A stretch of 64,000 nt of DNA from Marsupella aquatica (Eukaryota > Plantae > Marchantiophyta). Under the pieces are notes generated by a model. That model did no database searches, was not told the DNA's origin, and saw only the letters and a list, made by a program, of their open reading frames with translations. This document shows positions 27,836 through 39,200 of this stretch, piece after piece. The translations under genes and the position numbers were made by a program. Position 1 is the first letter of the stretch, and the number at the start of each line of letters is the position of its first letter. The stretch lies in NCBI GenBank assembly GCA_973895155.1, contig OZ316891.1, positions 30,387,112-30,451,111 of the forward strand. The letters are read 5' to 3'.

Positions 27836-28926
27836 CCATTGGATGGAGTCCATCGATCCCCACCATCAAAAAGTCGCATATTGGAAGTTTACTCAGCTGG
27901 GCTATACTTTGAGAGGGCCGAGTAGTCATGACTTAGCACTAGTTTTTTAGGGGCTAGACAAGGCTTGGAGTGTAATTAATTTAGACACTTGAAGTAGAGG
28001 GAATGGGGGCCTGGGGTTAACATGAAACCTGCATATTGATGGTCGAGATCACTCAAGGCAATCTCTTTTCATCCGGATGGCTGAGATCACTCTAGGGGCT
28101 GCCATGTCATAGTAAGGTTGGCGCCAAACGGCTCTTTGCACCCTTTTCACCCTCGCGCCTTTCAGTCGTGTTTTACTTTTCTCACAAAGTATCGAGGCTC
28201 AACGTTGAATGTTGCGGTTAGTGTCTGCCACTCAGCGTTTAGGGCGAGAGGGTCAAGGGGTTTAGCAAGGTTGCGCTGCTGTTTTGCCTCAAGAGTGTGC
28301 AATCAAGGCTTCAATCAGGTCTCCAGGAGCTGCGGGAGCGCTGTGCAAAGTGTTGCGGGAGGATGTGCAATGTGCTGCGGGAGTGCTGTGCAATGTGTTG
28401 TTGCAGGAGTGCTACTGCGGGAGTGCTGCGCGGGAGTCTGAGCTCAGTGGGAGGGTTTAGGTTTGGCTGATCGATGTGCATTTACAATTGTGGATAGTAG
28501 TTTGCATTGGAGTTGCAAGGAGCTCGCCAGAGTTGTGAAGGAGCAGGGTGTGGGAGTTGCGGGCTGCCATCGGCCCTCCTATTTTTCTTTTACTCCCATA
28601 GCGAGCTCCCGTATGAGCTCTTGTGTGAGCTTTGTTCAGCTGCGGTGGGTGCTGAGCTTATTTCCGTCAAGCTCAGTTGTGCTGTGCTGATTTTTGTCTA
28701 ACAAAGCTCGGGGGAGGGTTGCCGGTTGGACGTTGGAGCTGCGCTTGTGATATTTTGGGGTTCGGGCAAAGGGCGGAGGGCGGAGGGCGAAGATCAAGCA
28801 TTTTTGTTTTGCTAACGCTGCGTGGTGGAAACTGGACCTGCGAACTCCTTGTCTATGGTGTTGTGGAGCTGGGCGAGCTGCAACAAGGGACCGAGCCGGG
28901 CGACCTGTGAATTAAGGCCCATCGAT

Positions 28927-29428
28927 CGCTGCTGAAGGTTTGATGTCCAGATTTCTTGCCTGTGAGTCCCCATGTTTGCAGTCTCTGTCCCAATCTCTTG
29001 CGCAGTGCTCGGCGTAGTGATTACACTTACTGTGATTGACCACCTTGCATGATCTACATCTGTGGGCTGGACCCCAAGAAGTAGATTTCGGCGGCTACTT
29101 GCGAAAGGGATTGAAGAGATTGGAGTGCTTGCTCTCTTTGTCCCTCCCCTTGAAATTGTGGGCCTTAAAAAGGTCACTTGGCTTATGTAGTTTTGCTCCC
29201 CTGCGCTATGTCAATGCGCGCATGTCCGCTATGTCAATGCACATTTTTTCCCTCTTCTATGTCAGTCGCCGTTTGCCTATAATTGGACTGCTCATTTGAT
29301 GTCCACTCGTCTGATGTAATGCTTCCCGTTGCCGCTGCTGAAGGTTTGATGTCCAGATTTCTTGCCAAACAAAAGTCCCCATGTTTGCAGTGTCTATCCC
29401 AGTCTCTTGCGCAGTGCTCGGCGTAGTG
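28927..29428. repeat. Dispersed direct duplication (~95 bp) at 28927-29019 and 29333-29428
   Basis: cgctgctgaaggtttgatgtccagatttcttgcc...gcagtgctcggcgtagtg occurs twice. Confidence 0.9.
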
Positions 29429-31087
29429 CCCATGATTCGATAGGGAACTGATTCATGAACTGTGACTACTTTTATGCTCTGCAATGTGAATATGTTGGCA
29501 TTTGCTGCACTTGGTGTTGATAGTTTTTGTTAAAACTTCAATTTAAGTACGTGGGAGACAGACGGGAAGTCGGACGGGGAGGTAGAAGTGCACGGGAGAC
29601 AGACGGGGAGACAGGAGGTAGCGAGCTATTGATTTGCGCCTTACATGACACCGCCCAACATTCACCTGCTACAAGGACTCATCTTGGTGCGCTTTGAGAA
29701 TCTCCGTGCTGCAAGGTGAGACTCTTTCCTGGTCGTGAACTTATATATGCCCTCTCATAGTCTCGTTTAATATTGAGGAATGACTATATGCTTCCGTGAC
29801 ACGGCTCATCTGTCCATTTTTTACTGTGCACGGCTCATCTGTCCATTTTTTATAGCATGATTGACGTCAGCTGTGGCTTAGTCCACCTTCTTGTAACAAA
29901 GCAGGCGGTGATTGGACCAGACCGTGTACTTGGAGTTGCCCCTATCCAGCTGAAGGAGCGTCGAGCACTCTAAGGCAAGAGTTTCTCCTGCATTGTTACC
30001 TGGTTACAAGGTTACTCTAAGGCAAGAGTTTCTCCTGCATTGACAACTTTCCCATGCCACCTTCAATCAGTTTTCCTTTGCACCTTGGCTTGATCATTTC
30101 AAAAAACCTGTCACATTGAGCACGGAATCTATCGCCTAAGTTCAGCCTTTCAGCTTTTTTCCGGACTATCACATAGCGAGTCGGTCGCGCTACCGGAAGT
30201 ACTACCACTTTTACTATATGGTTCATCTCAGTGCCTTTTATGGAATGCTTTCTTGTTCTTCTACTCGGCATGGCATCATCCTGATTGCCCGTCGCTGTGA
30301 CCAGCAACGGAAAGCGTAGACTCGCGTTTGGATTCAAAGTCTAATCCAGAGTGTAAGGCTCTGAGCAGACCATAATAGGAAGCCTGCCTGATTCTCTAGC
30401 CGATCCGACAGAGAGCCATCCTTGCAAAACCTGTTTGAGTGTGTTCCAGTGTTCTAGTGTTCAGCTTTCGAGTGGGTTTTGTTATGATTTGATTTGGTGA
30501 TTGTTTTGGAGTTGTAGCCGTGGTCAAACGCATGTCTATTAAAAACAAATTCATGGAGCTCAGGTTGCTGCTGTATATAAACCGCAACAGGATCCATAAC
30601 TGCCTGCAGTCCCAGCAAATCATACATGCTACAGTCACAGGATAGGAGTTCAAGAAGTCTTCACAGTTTCTCATTTTTGTAGAATCTGAGATGTTGCTGG
30701 CCCAGGAGATGAGTTTCCCTTAAGAGTCAGGGACGTCAGCAGTGTGGGCCATGTAATACAGTTGAGAATGATGGCAAGTATAATTTGTTAATGGGTCCAA
30801 TGCCATGTTTGTGAGCTATTGAGTTGGATAGGAGAAAAAAACCAAAACATTGTCGCAACTGCTTCCAGAACAATCATTCATGGTTAGACTAAGCTCGACT
30901 GAACACCCCTCGCTTGCATGGGGCGGACACAATGCGGAATAGGCTGTCATGGAGTTGTCGAATGGATCTTCAATTTTCATGATAAATGTCCCCGGGCGTC
31001 CGTCCTATGTGTAGATTTTATAGGGGATGATGGGCGAGGATCATCTTTCCCATCTTCCTGAAGCTTTGTCTGCTTTCTGCCACCTCA

Positions 31088-32057
31088 GTGGAGGTTCACT
31101 TGCACAACACGACAACCAGTGAGTTTTCTCTTTGCTGCAACCTGCAAGGTGAGACTTTCGATCTTTCTAGATGAAAAAACAGGATCCAAATATGATTTAT
31201 GTACATGTCCATGGAGAACATGGTTTTATATACATGCTCTTTGTCTCAGGAACTTAGCATCAAATATGTACTATGCACCTTTCATGCTATGTGTATATTG
31301 TGACCTGTAGTTGGAACCAATTTAGTGAGTGGGAGATGATAAGTGCAGGTTGGTTGCTGTGGGCAAGGCAAGTCGACCTCCTACTCGCCTTGCTCATCAA
31401 AGGACGTGAACAGAGGACATCACAACAAAAGCGACATTTATGGTGAGGACCCGCAACGCTGAACATGTGTGGCTTGCACGCAAGGCAGAGATGTTGCGCC
31501 TTGAGTATGTCAGACTGGGGATTCTTCCAGCCCAATCTGCATGGTACTTTGAGTACTCTCACGGTTTGCTTATGGCCATTATTTGCAATTTGCTGCTACT
31601 AATATGTCTCCGACTGAGCAGCATACACCGGAAGTAAGCAATAGTGGAGGTTTAACTGCACATCAACACATCCAGTGAACTACCTCTTTGCTGCTCACTG
31701 GAGGGTGAGACTTTCACTCTTTCTGGATATTGTAGTTTGTAAGCAAGTTGATTAGGAGTGTTTCATGCTATGTTTACATTGTGACCCCTAGCTGGAACCA
31801 ATGGAATGACACAGTGAGTGGGAACTGATAATTTAAGGTTGGTTGTTGTTGGTGAGGCAAGTACAGCTCCTGCTCACCTTGCTGATCGAAGGTGCTTATC
31901 AGAGGACGTGAACACACGACACTCCACAAAAGCAACACTTATGGTGAGGACCCGCAATGCTGAACATGTGCGGCTTGCACGCAAGGCAGAGATGTTGCGC
32001 CTTGAGTATGTCAGACTTGGGATCCTTCCAGCCCAGTCTACATGGTACTTTGAGTAC
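31088..32057. repeat. Internal tandem duplication (31088-31557 and ~31644-32057)
   Basis: Both copies share gtggaggtt...ggtgagactttc and the block encoding MVRTRNAEHVxLARKAEMLRLEYVRLGILPAQSxWYFEY. Confidence 0.9.
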
Positions 32058-32436
32058 CCAGTTGTTGCCAGGAATAACTACGTACAGCCGCCCTGTACCT
32101 GCTTCTCCACCCTTCCCAACATCCTTGGTATTTTTGTCTCTCGTACATGACCCGCCACAAATTAGGGCCCAAGGGTGTGTGCACAGTTGCCAGTATGACT
32201 GTCCTGCCTGTAGGGCTTCTGGCCTAGAGTTGGATGACCGTTCTCTTGGATGTCGGTTTTTCATAGAGCACAATGTATCATCTGGAACCACTCGCCATCC
32301 TGCAGTGTGCCTGGCGATGTCACTTGTCCTGCCCTCCCAGACCCCACCACCGGTCACTTTGGTGTCTACACATGTTTGGATCACACGCTGTAGAAGACCA
32401 CTTGTCACACCGCATGCACAGACCAGAGACCATTGA
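31818..32436 (+). pseudogene. Possible orphan cargo gene with Cys-rich motifs (two overlapping frames, probable frameshift near 32110)
   Basis: Frame 1 ...WYFEYPVVARNNYVQPPCTC; frame 2 ...GCVHSCQYDCPACRASG...; the N-terminal part is duplicated upstream. No family recognised. Confidence 0.35.
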
Positions 32437-33062
32437 CCTATAACTTAACACTTTGACTTGAACAGAGAGGATATTTACTTAAGATTTTGAATTATGAGCA
32501 ATTTTGGGTCCAGGGTTTACGGTCAACAGTACATAACTTATCCTATTATGGCTGCACTAAGTACAATATCCTAATTTAAGAGGCTAGCAAGCTCACTTAA
32601 AAGTCTCCTTTCAAAGACTGGAATTAATGGGCCATGTGATAACCTGGAAAAAGTGATTTATGCCTAACTTATTTGTCTCATTCACTATCATAGCCTATTT
32701 AGGATGTATAAATTACAACCCTGATCACACTGCTTGATACCAATCCTGTTCAAAAAATGCCTGTTTTACATGTCACGACTGTTATATGTGATTCAAATGC
32801 ATTAAATCTTGTTGCAGATCTCCTTTGGTGAATCATAGCCACAAAATTGAGGTGTAGGTGGAGCTATTGTACGAGGGGATCAGTTTTTAGTGTGGGCTCA
32901 ACAAACCAAAAAGTATGTCTACTCTGCACATGTGTGTGAACATTTCATTGCAGTAGCAATTGCCACTCTAGTCTATATGCTACACTGTACTTTTTGTACA
33001 CTGCACTAAATTGTATTGTCTGTGCACTCTACTAAATTGTACTATCTGTCTCAGGCGTAGGC

Positions 33063-33743
33063 ATGGCACGCCCTAAAATCCAAGCCAAGAAGCGGGGGAC
33101 AGAGGTGAGCAACATAGGTATAGTTGGGCCAGATGGTAGTAACTTCTCCGCAAGTTAGATTTTCCAGAAGGCAGCTCATTGTTGTGCCATTTGTGACGAT
33201 GGTGGTGGCTTAGCCATATGTGAGGGCCCTTGCATGAGGCATTTCCACCTCAACCCGGAGTCTGACCTTGCTGCAGAAAACAACTGTCCAGGGGTGGGCC
33301 TCCCGTCAGCACACCAGGGAGGCTGGATGTGCACTGATTGTTTGGAGAAGCAGGCTAAGTGTGCACAGTGTGGGAAGTTGGGGTCTTATGAGGGCTCTGT
33401 TGATGCTCCACCACTTGTTAGGAAATACCCTGACAGATATTGTGTGAGGTTCTTTTGTTTTTCATGTTTGCCCGATCTTGCCACAGCTTGCCCACTTCAT
33501 AAGTGCAAGGCATGTGGTCAGCACGATGAAGATTTCTGGGTGGACATAGTCCACTGTGTTAGGTGTCCCACCATGTGGCACTTTCATTGTTTGAAGGAGC
33601 GTCAAGCAGAAGGCTATGCTTGTGACAGACACATCTATCATCACTCTGCACATGGTGTTGATCGATGGATCTTCTATTGTCATCGCCATGCCATAGATCC
33701 TACTTTGCACACTCCCATGAGAGATCACATTTCTTGGCTTTGA
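33063..33743 (+). CDS. Stand-alone EDM2-type composite PHD-finger protein (CACTA cargo)
   Basis: CAICDDGGGLAICEGPCMRHFH...CTDC..CAQCGKLGS..CPLHKCKAC..CVRCPTMWHFHCL..IFYCHRHAIDPTLHTPMRDHISW parallels the EDM2 PHD region as I recall it (CAICDNGG..CEGxCLRSFH..CPLHKC..CRRCP..IYCxEHEIDxELxTPxRDH). An in-frame TAG at 33156 is either removed by a 63-nt GT-AG intron (33105-33167) or is a nonsense mutation. Confidence 0.85.
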
Positions 33744-34341
33744 ACCTGAATAATGTACATGCATAGTGCACCTGATGTGGATACCTTGGAGATTGCAGAC
33801 ATTCCAATTTTGAGAAGAAGGACCTCTGTAGGAGAGGATGCTTAGGCAACAAGTACCCTAAGTTCATTACTTGTTCCTGGGTACATGCCTTCAAAAACTC
33901 CCCTTAAGCCTTCTAGGAACTTTTTTAACTCTGCAATCATTTTGATCACGACTTACATGACACTGCTTAAATTAAATCAGGATTTCTCATTATGAGCATA
34001 TAAGTTACAAGGCTATTTAATTTGCGAGAATTCCCTTAAAGTGTACCAACATTTTCTATTCTCATTGAATGTCTGCCCATTTACAACATCTGTATGTGGC
34101 ATCACAAAACAATTGCACTTGTCACCTTCAATATTGTCAAGGCACATATTCAAACTATGAGGTGCATGCTTGCAGGTGTCTAGTACGTTTGTCCCAATAT
34201 TTCTCCCGTTTGGAATCGGAGCAGAGACTCACCAGACGACTGGATTGGACCAAGTTATAAACGCAGCATTTTAAGGGCCCTCTGATTATCAGGTGAACGC
34301 ATTATCTTCCGGTCTGCAGTGATTAGGTGGCCCGTGTGTAC

Positions 34342-35106
34342 ATGGCCTCTAGGAAACGTACAAAGGTTGACCACCCGCCTCTGTTGGTTGGAATCAAAGC
34401 CATTTTGATTCCTGGCCACTATGGGTTCACCCAAGTGAGTTGGCCAATCGTACAAAAACGATTCTCAGAGTTCCATGGGACTGAAGTCAAGGATATCACT
34501 CCACAGACTACACATGTTGTTGCGGGGACATGGCTGGATGTGATGAACAACTGGTCATGGTCCTTCATTGATTCTGCCATTACCAACCAAGGTCTAAAAG
34601 TAGTTGAAGTCTCTTGGCTGACCGATTCTGTTAAACATAGGTGTGTACAGAGTACTGAGCAATATGAGTTGTGGGAGAGTGAGGAGGCCACTGCAGAGGC
34701 TTTGGCTGAAAAGGAAGCCTATGAAGCAGCGGCAGAGAAACCCAACTTTGCTTCTGTCCAATATGGACCTGTTGTCAACATAGGACACCATCCTATGCGT
34801 GCAGATGCTATATTGAATGAGCATGGCAAGGAGAGAAATACCATTATGAAGGGGTTCAGTGTGGTATTTACAGAAGAAGGAATTGGGGAGACTAAGTGCA
34901 GATTGTACAAGTCTATAGTTGTTGAGCTAGGTGGGACAGTGGAGGAGAGTCTAACAGAAACCTCCACTCATGTTGTAGGTCTGTCATACATGAAAATATG
35001 CAGAAAATTCTTTAAGACAACAGTGCGTGATTTTGTCATGAACAACAATCTTTGGGTGCTTTCCCCTGATTGGCTTCTGGAATCAGCAGCTAGAGGGAAG
35101 CGATAG
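34342..35106 (+). CDS. Tandem-BRCT protein (CACTA cargo)
   Basis: Two BRCT signatures: TTHVV...VVEVSWLTDSVKHRCVQSTEQYEL and LGGTVEESLTETSTHVV...LSPDWLLESAARGKR. The TAG at 35104 is probably premature, as the frame continues NAWDFDIF to 35190. An NLS-like RKRTK lies at the N-terminus. Confidence 0.82.
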   Translation: MASRKRTKVDHPPLLVGIKAILIPGHYGFTQVSWPIVQKRFSEFHGTEVKDITPQTTHVVAGTWLDVMNNWSWSFIDSAITNQGLKVVEVSWLTDSVKHRCVQSTEQYELWESEEATAEALAEKEAYEAAAEKPNFASVQYGPVVNIGHHPMRADAILNEHGKERNTIMKGFSVVFTEEGIGETKCRLYKSIVVELGGTVEESLTETSTHVVGLSYMKICRKFFKTTVRDFVMNNNLWVLSPDWLLESAARGKR

Positions 35107-35366
35107 AATGCTTGGGACTTTGATATTTTTGAGGCCTGGCCCTCCAAGATTCAGCGGAGATGTATGCTTAGCAAAGGTGGGAGAGAGTGAGGAGTAGGAG
35201 TCCCTCATATTTTTGTATAAATCACAATTTTGTAATAAATGTGATCCTTGAACTAACTCATCTTGTCATGGTTGGTCGCAGTTGAAGTGATTGTTGTTTC
35301 CTGCTGCGTGGGGTGTGACTGTGAATCTACTTGCTGGGCTCTGTTTGGCTGAAGACTTTGGTGGGT

Positions 35367-35900
35367 ATGCTGCCTCTTCCAGACCGTCAGGCCCTATGTA
35401 GGGTCCTCCTACGGGTTGCATCGTGCATGGCTACTGCTTGGGCTTACTTGTGTGGATTGGTAACCAGACAGAGTGTAGCTCCATCCGAGATAATGCCTGC
35501 AGACCTTGGATGTGTTGTGAATGCTGTGGTGAATGAGGATGCACAGTCGGAAGAGGACATTTACTTTTCAGCAGATGAGTTAGACAAGCACGATGCTGTA
35601 GGTGGTTCCTTGTTGCCTGATTTGGCAGATGATATAGTTCTTACACATGTCTGGCCGAGGGTTCTTGTGGTGTCTGGCGCACAAGATATCTGCAAATATA
35701 GACTAATTAGTACCCAGTGGAGGGACTTGGTAGCAACATGTGCACCATGGAGGGCATTGCTGCCACTGCTTGTAGGCACGGATCGAAGACCACCATGGCA
35801 TGAGCAGGGTTTAGACCTTGATGACTTAATGTACATGCCTGAGTACCTCAGGGCTGAGTGGCATCGACAACAGGATTGGTATCCGTATTTGATGTGGTAG
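35367..35900 (+). CDS. Small F-box-like protein (CACTA cargo)
   Basis: SLLPDLADDIVLTHVWPRV...KYRLISTQWRDLV (~35607-35735) fits the plant F-box pattern LLPxLPDD..R+...R.V...WR.LV. No kelch or LRR domain follows. Start codon uncertain. Confidence 0.65.
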   Translation: MLPLPDRQALCRVLLRVASCMATAWAYLCGLVTRQSVAPSEIMPADLGCVVNAVVNEDAQSEEDIYFSADELDKHDAVGGSLLPDLADDIVLTHVWPRVLVVSGAQDICKYRLISTQWRDLVATCAPWRALLPLLVGTDRRPPWHEQGLDLDDLMYMPEYLRAEWHRQQDWYPYLMW

Positions 35901-36226
35901 TAAGATGAGGACATCTCACACCGGTCTCGCACCTGGCACCTGTGTCTATGACTATACATGATTGGACTCTGATATGGTCATGGATGTACGTGCAGAGGCA
36001 GTACATGTGAGGACAGCGGAGGAGTTGACACCCTCAAACATTTAGGAATTTTGTCTCATTCACTTGAGAATAGGTACATGACTCAGGCACCTATATTTTT
36101 TGTTTTTTTGTTTTTTTGGAACGTTACGTATTTTGGCAAGTACAGTCGGGGGTGAAATCCTTAACAGGAAGTGTATTTTTCACTTGCATAATAAAATGAC
36201 AGGGTGCTGAGTGCGTGTGTATAGTG

Positions 36227-39200
36227 ATGGCTCCAAGGTTGCCTCTTCACAACCCATTTAGGATTAGGCATCATGATTCTAAATTGTGGATGCGTGAACA
36301 AGCCCGGGCCGCCCAAGGTAGGAGTAGGAGGATGAGATGCCCATGCACACAGTGCCAAGGATTCAAGTCGTTGAGTTTGAACACTGTGCACCTTCACCTG
36401 CTGCGGCATGAAAGGCACCCTCGGTGGAGGGTTTGGAATGTACCAACAGAAGAAGACTCCTCTGATGAAGAGTGGAGAGCTGACTTTGTGGATTCTAATA
36501 CAACTAGGCATAGAGACTACGTAGAGCAGGACATAGACTGTGCAGAGGATGGTCCTGGGGTCCAACATGAGAACGTGGATGACCAAGATGGAGATGGAGA
36601 GGCAGTCACTGAGGACGGTGGGATGGATGTCCCAAGAATGGTTCAAGAGATTTTTGAAGACCTTGATGCTTTTTACGACACAGTGGAATCAGAAGAGGAC
36701 AATGAACCGCAGCCACACATTGGTGACGGCCAAGCTGAACCTGACTTTGACATTGGGGAAGGTGCAGCAGAGAGGGAGTGGGTGTTTGGGGGCCCAAAAC
36801 ACATCAAAGAAGCTTGCATTCCTATCTATGAGGGGTCGAACTGCTCCAAGCTGGGTTTTGTCATGTTGTTGTTGAACATCTGTGGCAATCACAATGTTCC
36901 CAATATATTTGTGACAGAGTTGTTGACCTTCCTGCGCCGAAATGTGTTACCAGATGGTAATTCAATTCCAAAAAATATGTACGAGGCTAGGAAATTGATG
37001 TCTAACCTTGGGCTGAACTATGTGTCTATTGACGCATGCCCTGATGGGTGTGTTCTCTTTCGCAAAGAGCATGCAGATAAATTGACATGCCCTCATTGTG
37101 GTAAGCACAGGTACAAGAATGTAGGGAAATGTACACACCCTACCAAGGTTCTTCGTCATTTTCCTCTCATTCCTAGACTACAACGTCTGTTTAGATGCCC
37201 TGCCATTTCCAAGCTGATGACATGGACTCCTGATAACAAGAGCAGTGATGGCCTGCAGCGTCATATTGGAGATTCCAACCATTGGAAATTTGTTGATGAG
37301 AGGTGGCCACAGTTTGCTGCAGAGAAGCGGAACTTTAGATTTGGTCTATCACTGGATGGAGTAAACCCATTTCGAGACAAAAACAACCGTTATTCATGTT
37401 GGCCGGTTACGCTGCTAAATTACAACCTTCCCCATGGATGACTACAAAGAGGTTTTTTGTCATGATGGTGCTGTTAATCCCTGGACCAGCTTCTGTGACC
37501 GAGCAATTCATAGATATCATGTTGGCTCCAGCAGTGGAAGAGTGGAAGACTTTGTGGATAGAAGGGGTGTTAACCCATGATGTTCTGAAGGGGCTTCTTC
37601 GACCCAGCCCCTTTAGACTGCATGCAATTTGTTTGCTGGATATAGCAGATTACCCAGGCCATGGCATCATATCTGGACGAGTGACAAAGGGCTATGTGGG
37701 GTGCACACCATGTGGGAAAAATGTGACAAGTGAGTGGTCGCATGCCCTGCACAGTATGAAATTTCAGGGGCATAGAAGGTATCTGCCTGTTGATCATCCT
37801 TACAGGCACACACGGTCTCAAATTGCACACTTCAACAACAAAACAGAGCTTCGTGGCCCACCACAAAGGGTCACCAGAGAGCAAGTCCTGAGGTGGGCAG
37901 CCAGGAAGGCTGATTGGGACAAGAGAAGTGCCACTGATCGAGAACCTGAGGATCCAGTGGTGAAACACGGTGTGAAAAGACAGACCTTGATGGACTTGGA
38001 GTACTGGAGGGTAATGTACTTAGCCTCCAGCCCCTGTATGATTGCAATTTTAGATTGGAGCAATGGTGGATTGATGTTGGTTACAATCCTCCTATGTGGT
38101 TAATTAGTGTTTCTGTTGTTGAATTCTTTGCTTTGTGGAGTGCAGGAATTCGAGCCCAGCAAACACAATGTGGACGTCATGCACATTGAGAAAAATATTT
38201 GTGAGAGCTTGCTGAAGTTCTTGTCGGGTGAGAAAGATACAGGAGTAGTTCGAGCTGATATGCAACAGAAGGGGATTCGCCCTCACCTTTGGTTGAAGCC
38301 CCATGCAAGCAATCCCAATGTACTTCTCAAGTTCCAAGCTCCCTATGTGTGCACACAGGATGAATGGAAGACATTCTTGTATAGATTGAGTTGTCTGAAA
38401 GTGCCCTCTGGCTATGCTGGTGCCTTCAAGAAGCATATTACAAAGAATAAACTTGGCAGTATGAAAACACATGACTACCATGTGTTGATGCAGCACATTC
38501 TGCCCCTATGCCTCAGAGGTCTCATGCAGAAACTAGTCCGTAATGTCATTCTTCGACTGTGCAATGTATTTCGCCGTATATGTGTGAAAGTGTGGGATCC
38601 CCAAGGATTGGAGCAGTTGAAGCAGGATGCTGCTTATGTCCTCTATGACTTGGAGATATACTTCCCCCCTGCTTTCTTTGATGTTATGACTCATCTCCTA
38701 ATCCATGTGGTAGAAGAGCTAGGGCAGTATGGGCCAGTCAGTACCAGATGGATGTACCCTATGGAGCGATACATGAAGTTGTTGAAAGGTCATGTGAGAA
38801 CATACTACAGGCCAGAGGCTTCCATGGCATTGGGGTACATTAAGGATGAGATGTTGGGATTCCTAACAGAGTACATGGCTGGGTCTGGTGAAGCTATGAC
38901 AAGAGTTTGGAAATCTGGTGAAGATGATGGAGTGAGTGGCGAGGTTGTTGAAGGTGTGGGACGTGCTGTTCAGCTGCCTGTTGCGATTCGAGACAAGGCT
39001 CATTCATATGTGCTGGCAAATACAGAGCCTATGCAACCATGGTGGAGGTGAGTGATTGAATTGACTTGCCTTTGTTGTGATGCTTCTTGTCTGTTCCAAG
39101 GGTGATCTTAGGTTGTCATGTGTTGTTTAGACCTAACTATGCCTGTACCTCATATTGCAGGGAATATGATATGCAAAAAGCTGCACACTCTGGGCAGCAG

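Noticed and set aside
30017-30760. Minus-strand ORFs in the CACTA 5' region as additional cargo
   Set aside because: Fragmented frames with no recognisable motif; a call cannot be supported without a search.
34342-35106. Functional clustering of the BRCT cargo with the neighbouring DNA-PKcs gene
   Set aside because: The BRCT gene travels inside a TSD-flanked insertion. A single adjacency cannot be distinguished from chance.
37420-37441. Programmed ribosomal frameshift in TnpD
   Set aside because: It falls in the conserved YNLPPW motif within a C-run and lacks a slippery heptamer. A 1-bp deletion or sequencing error is simpler.
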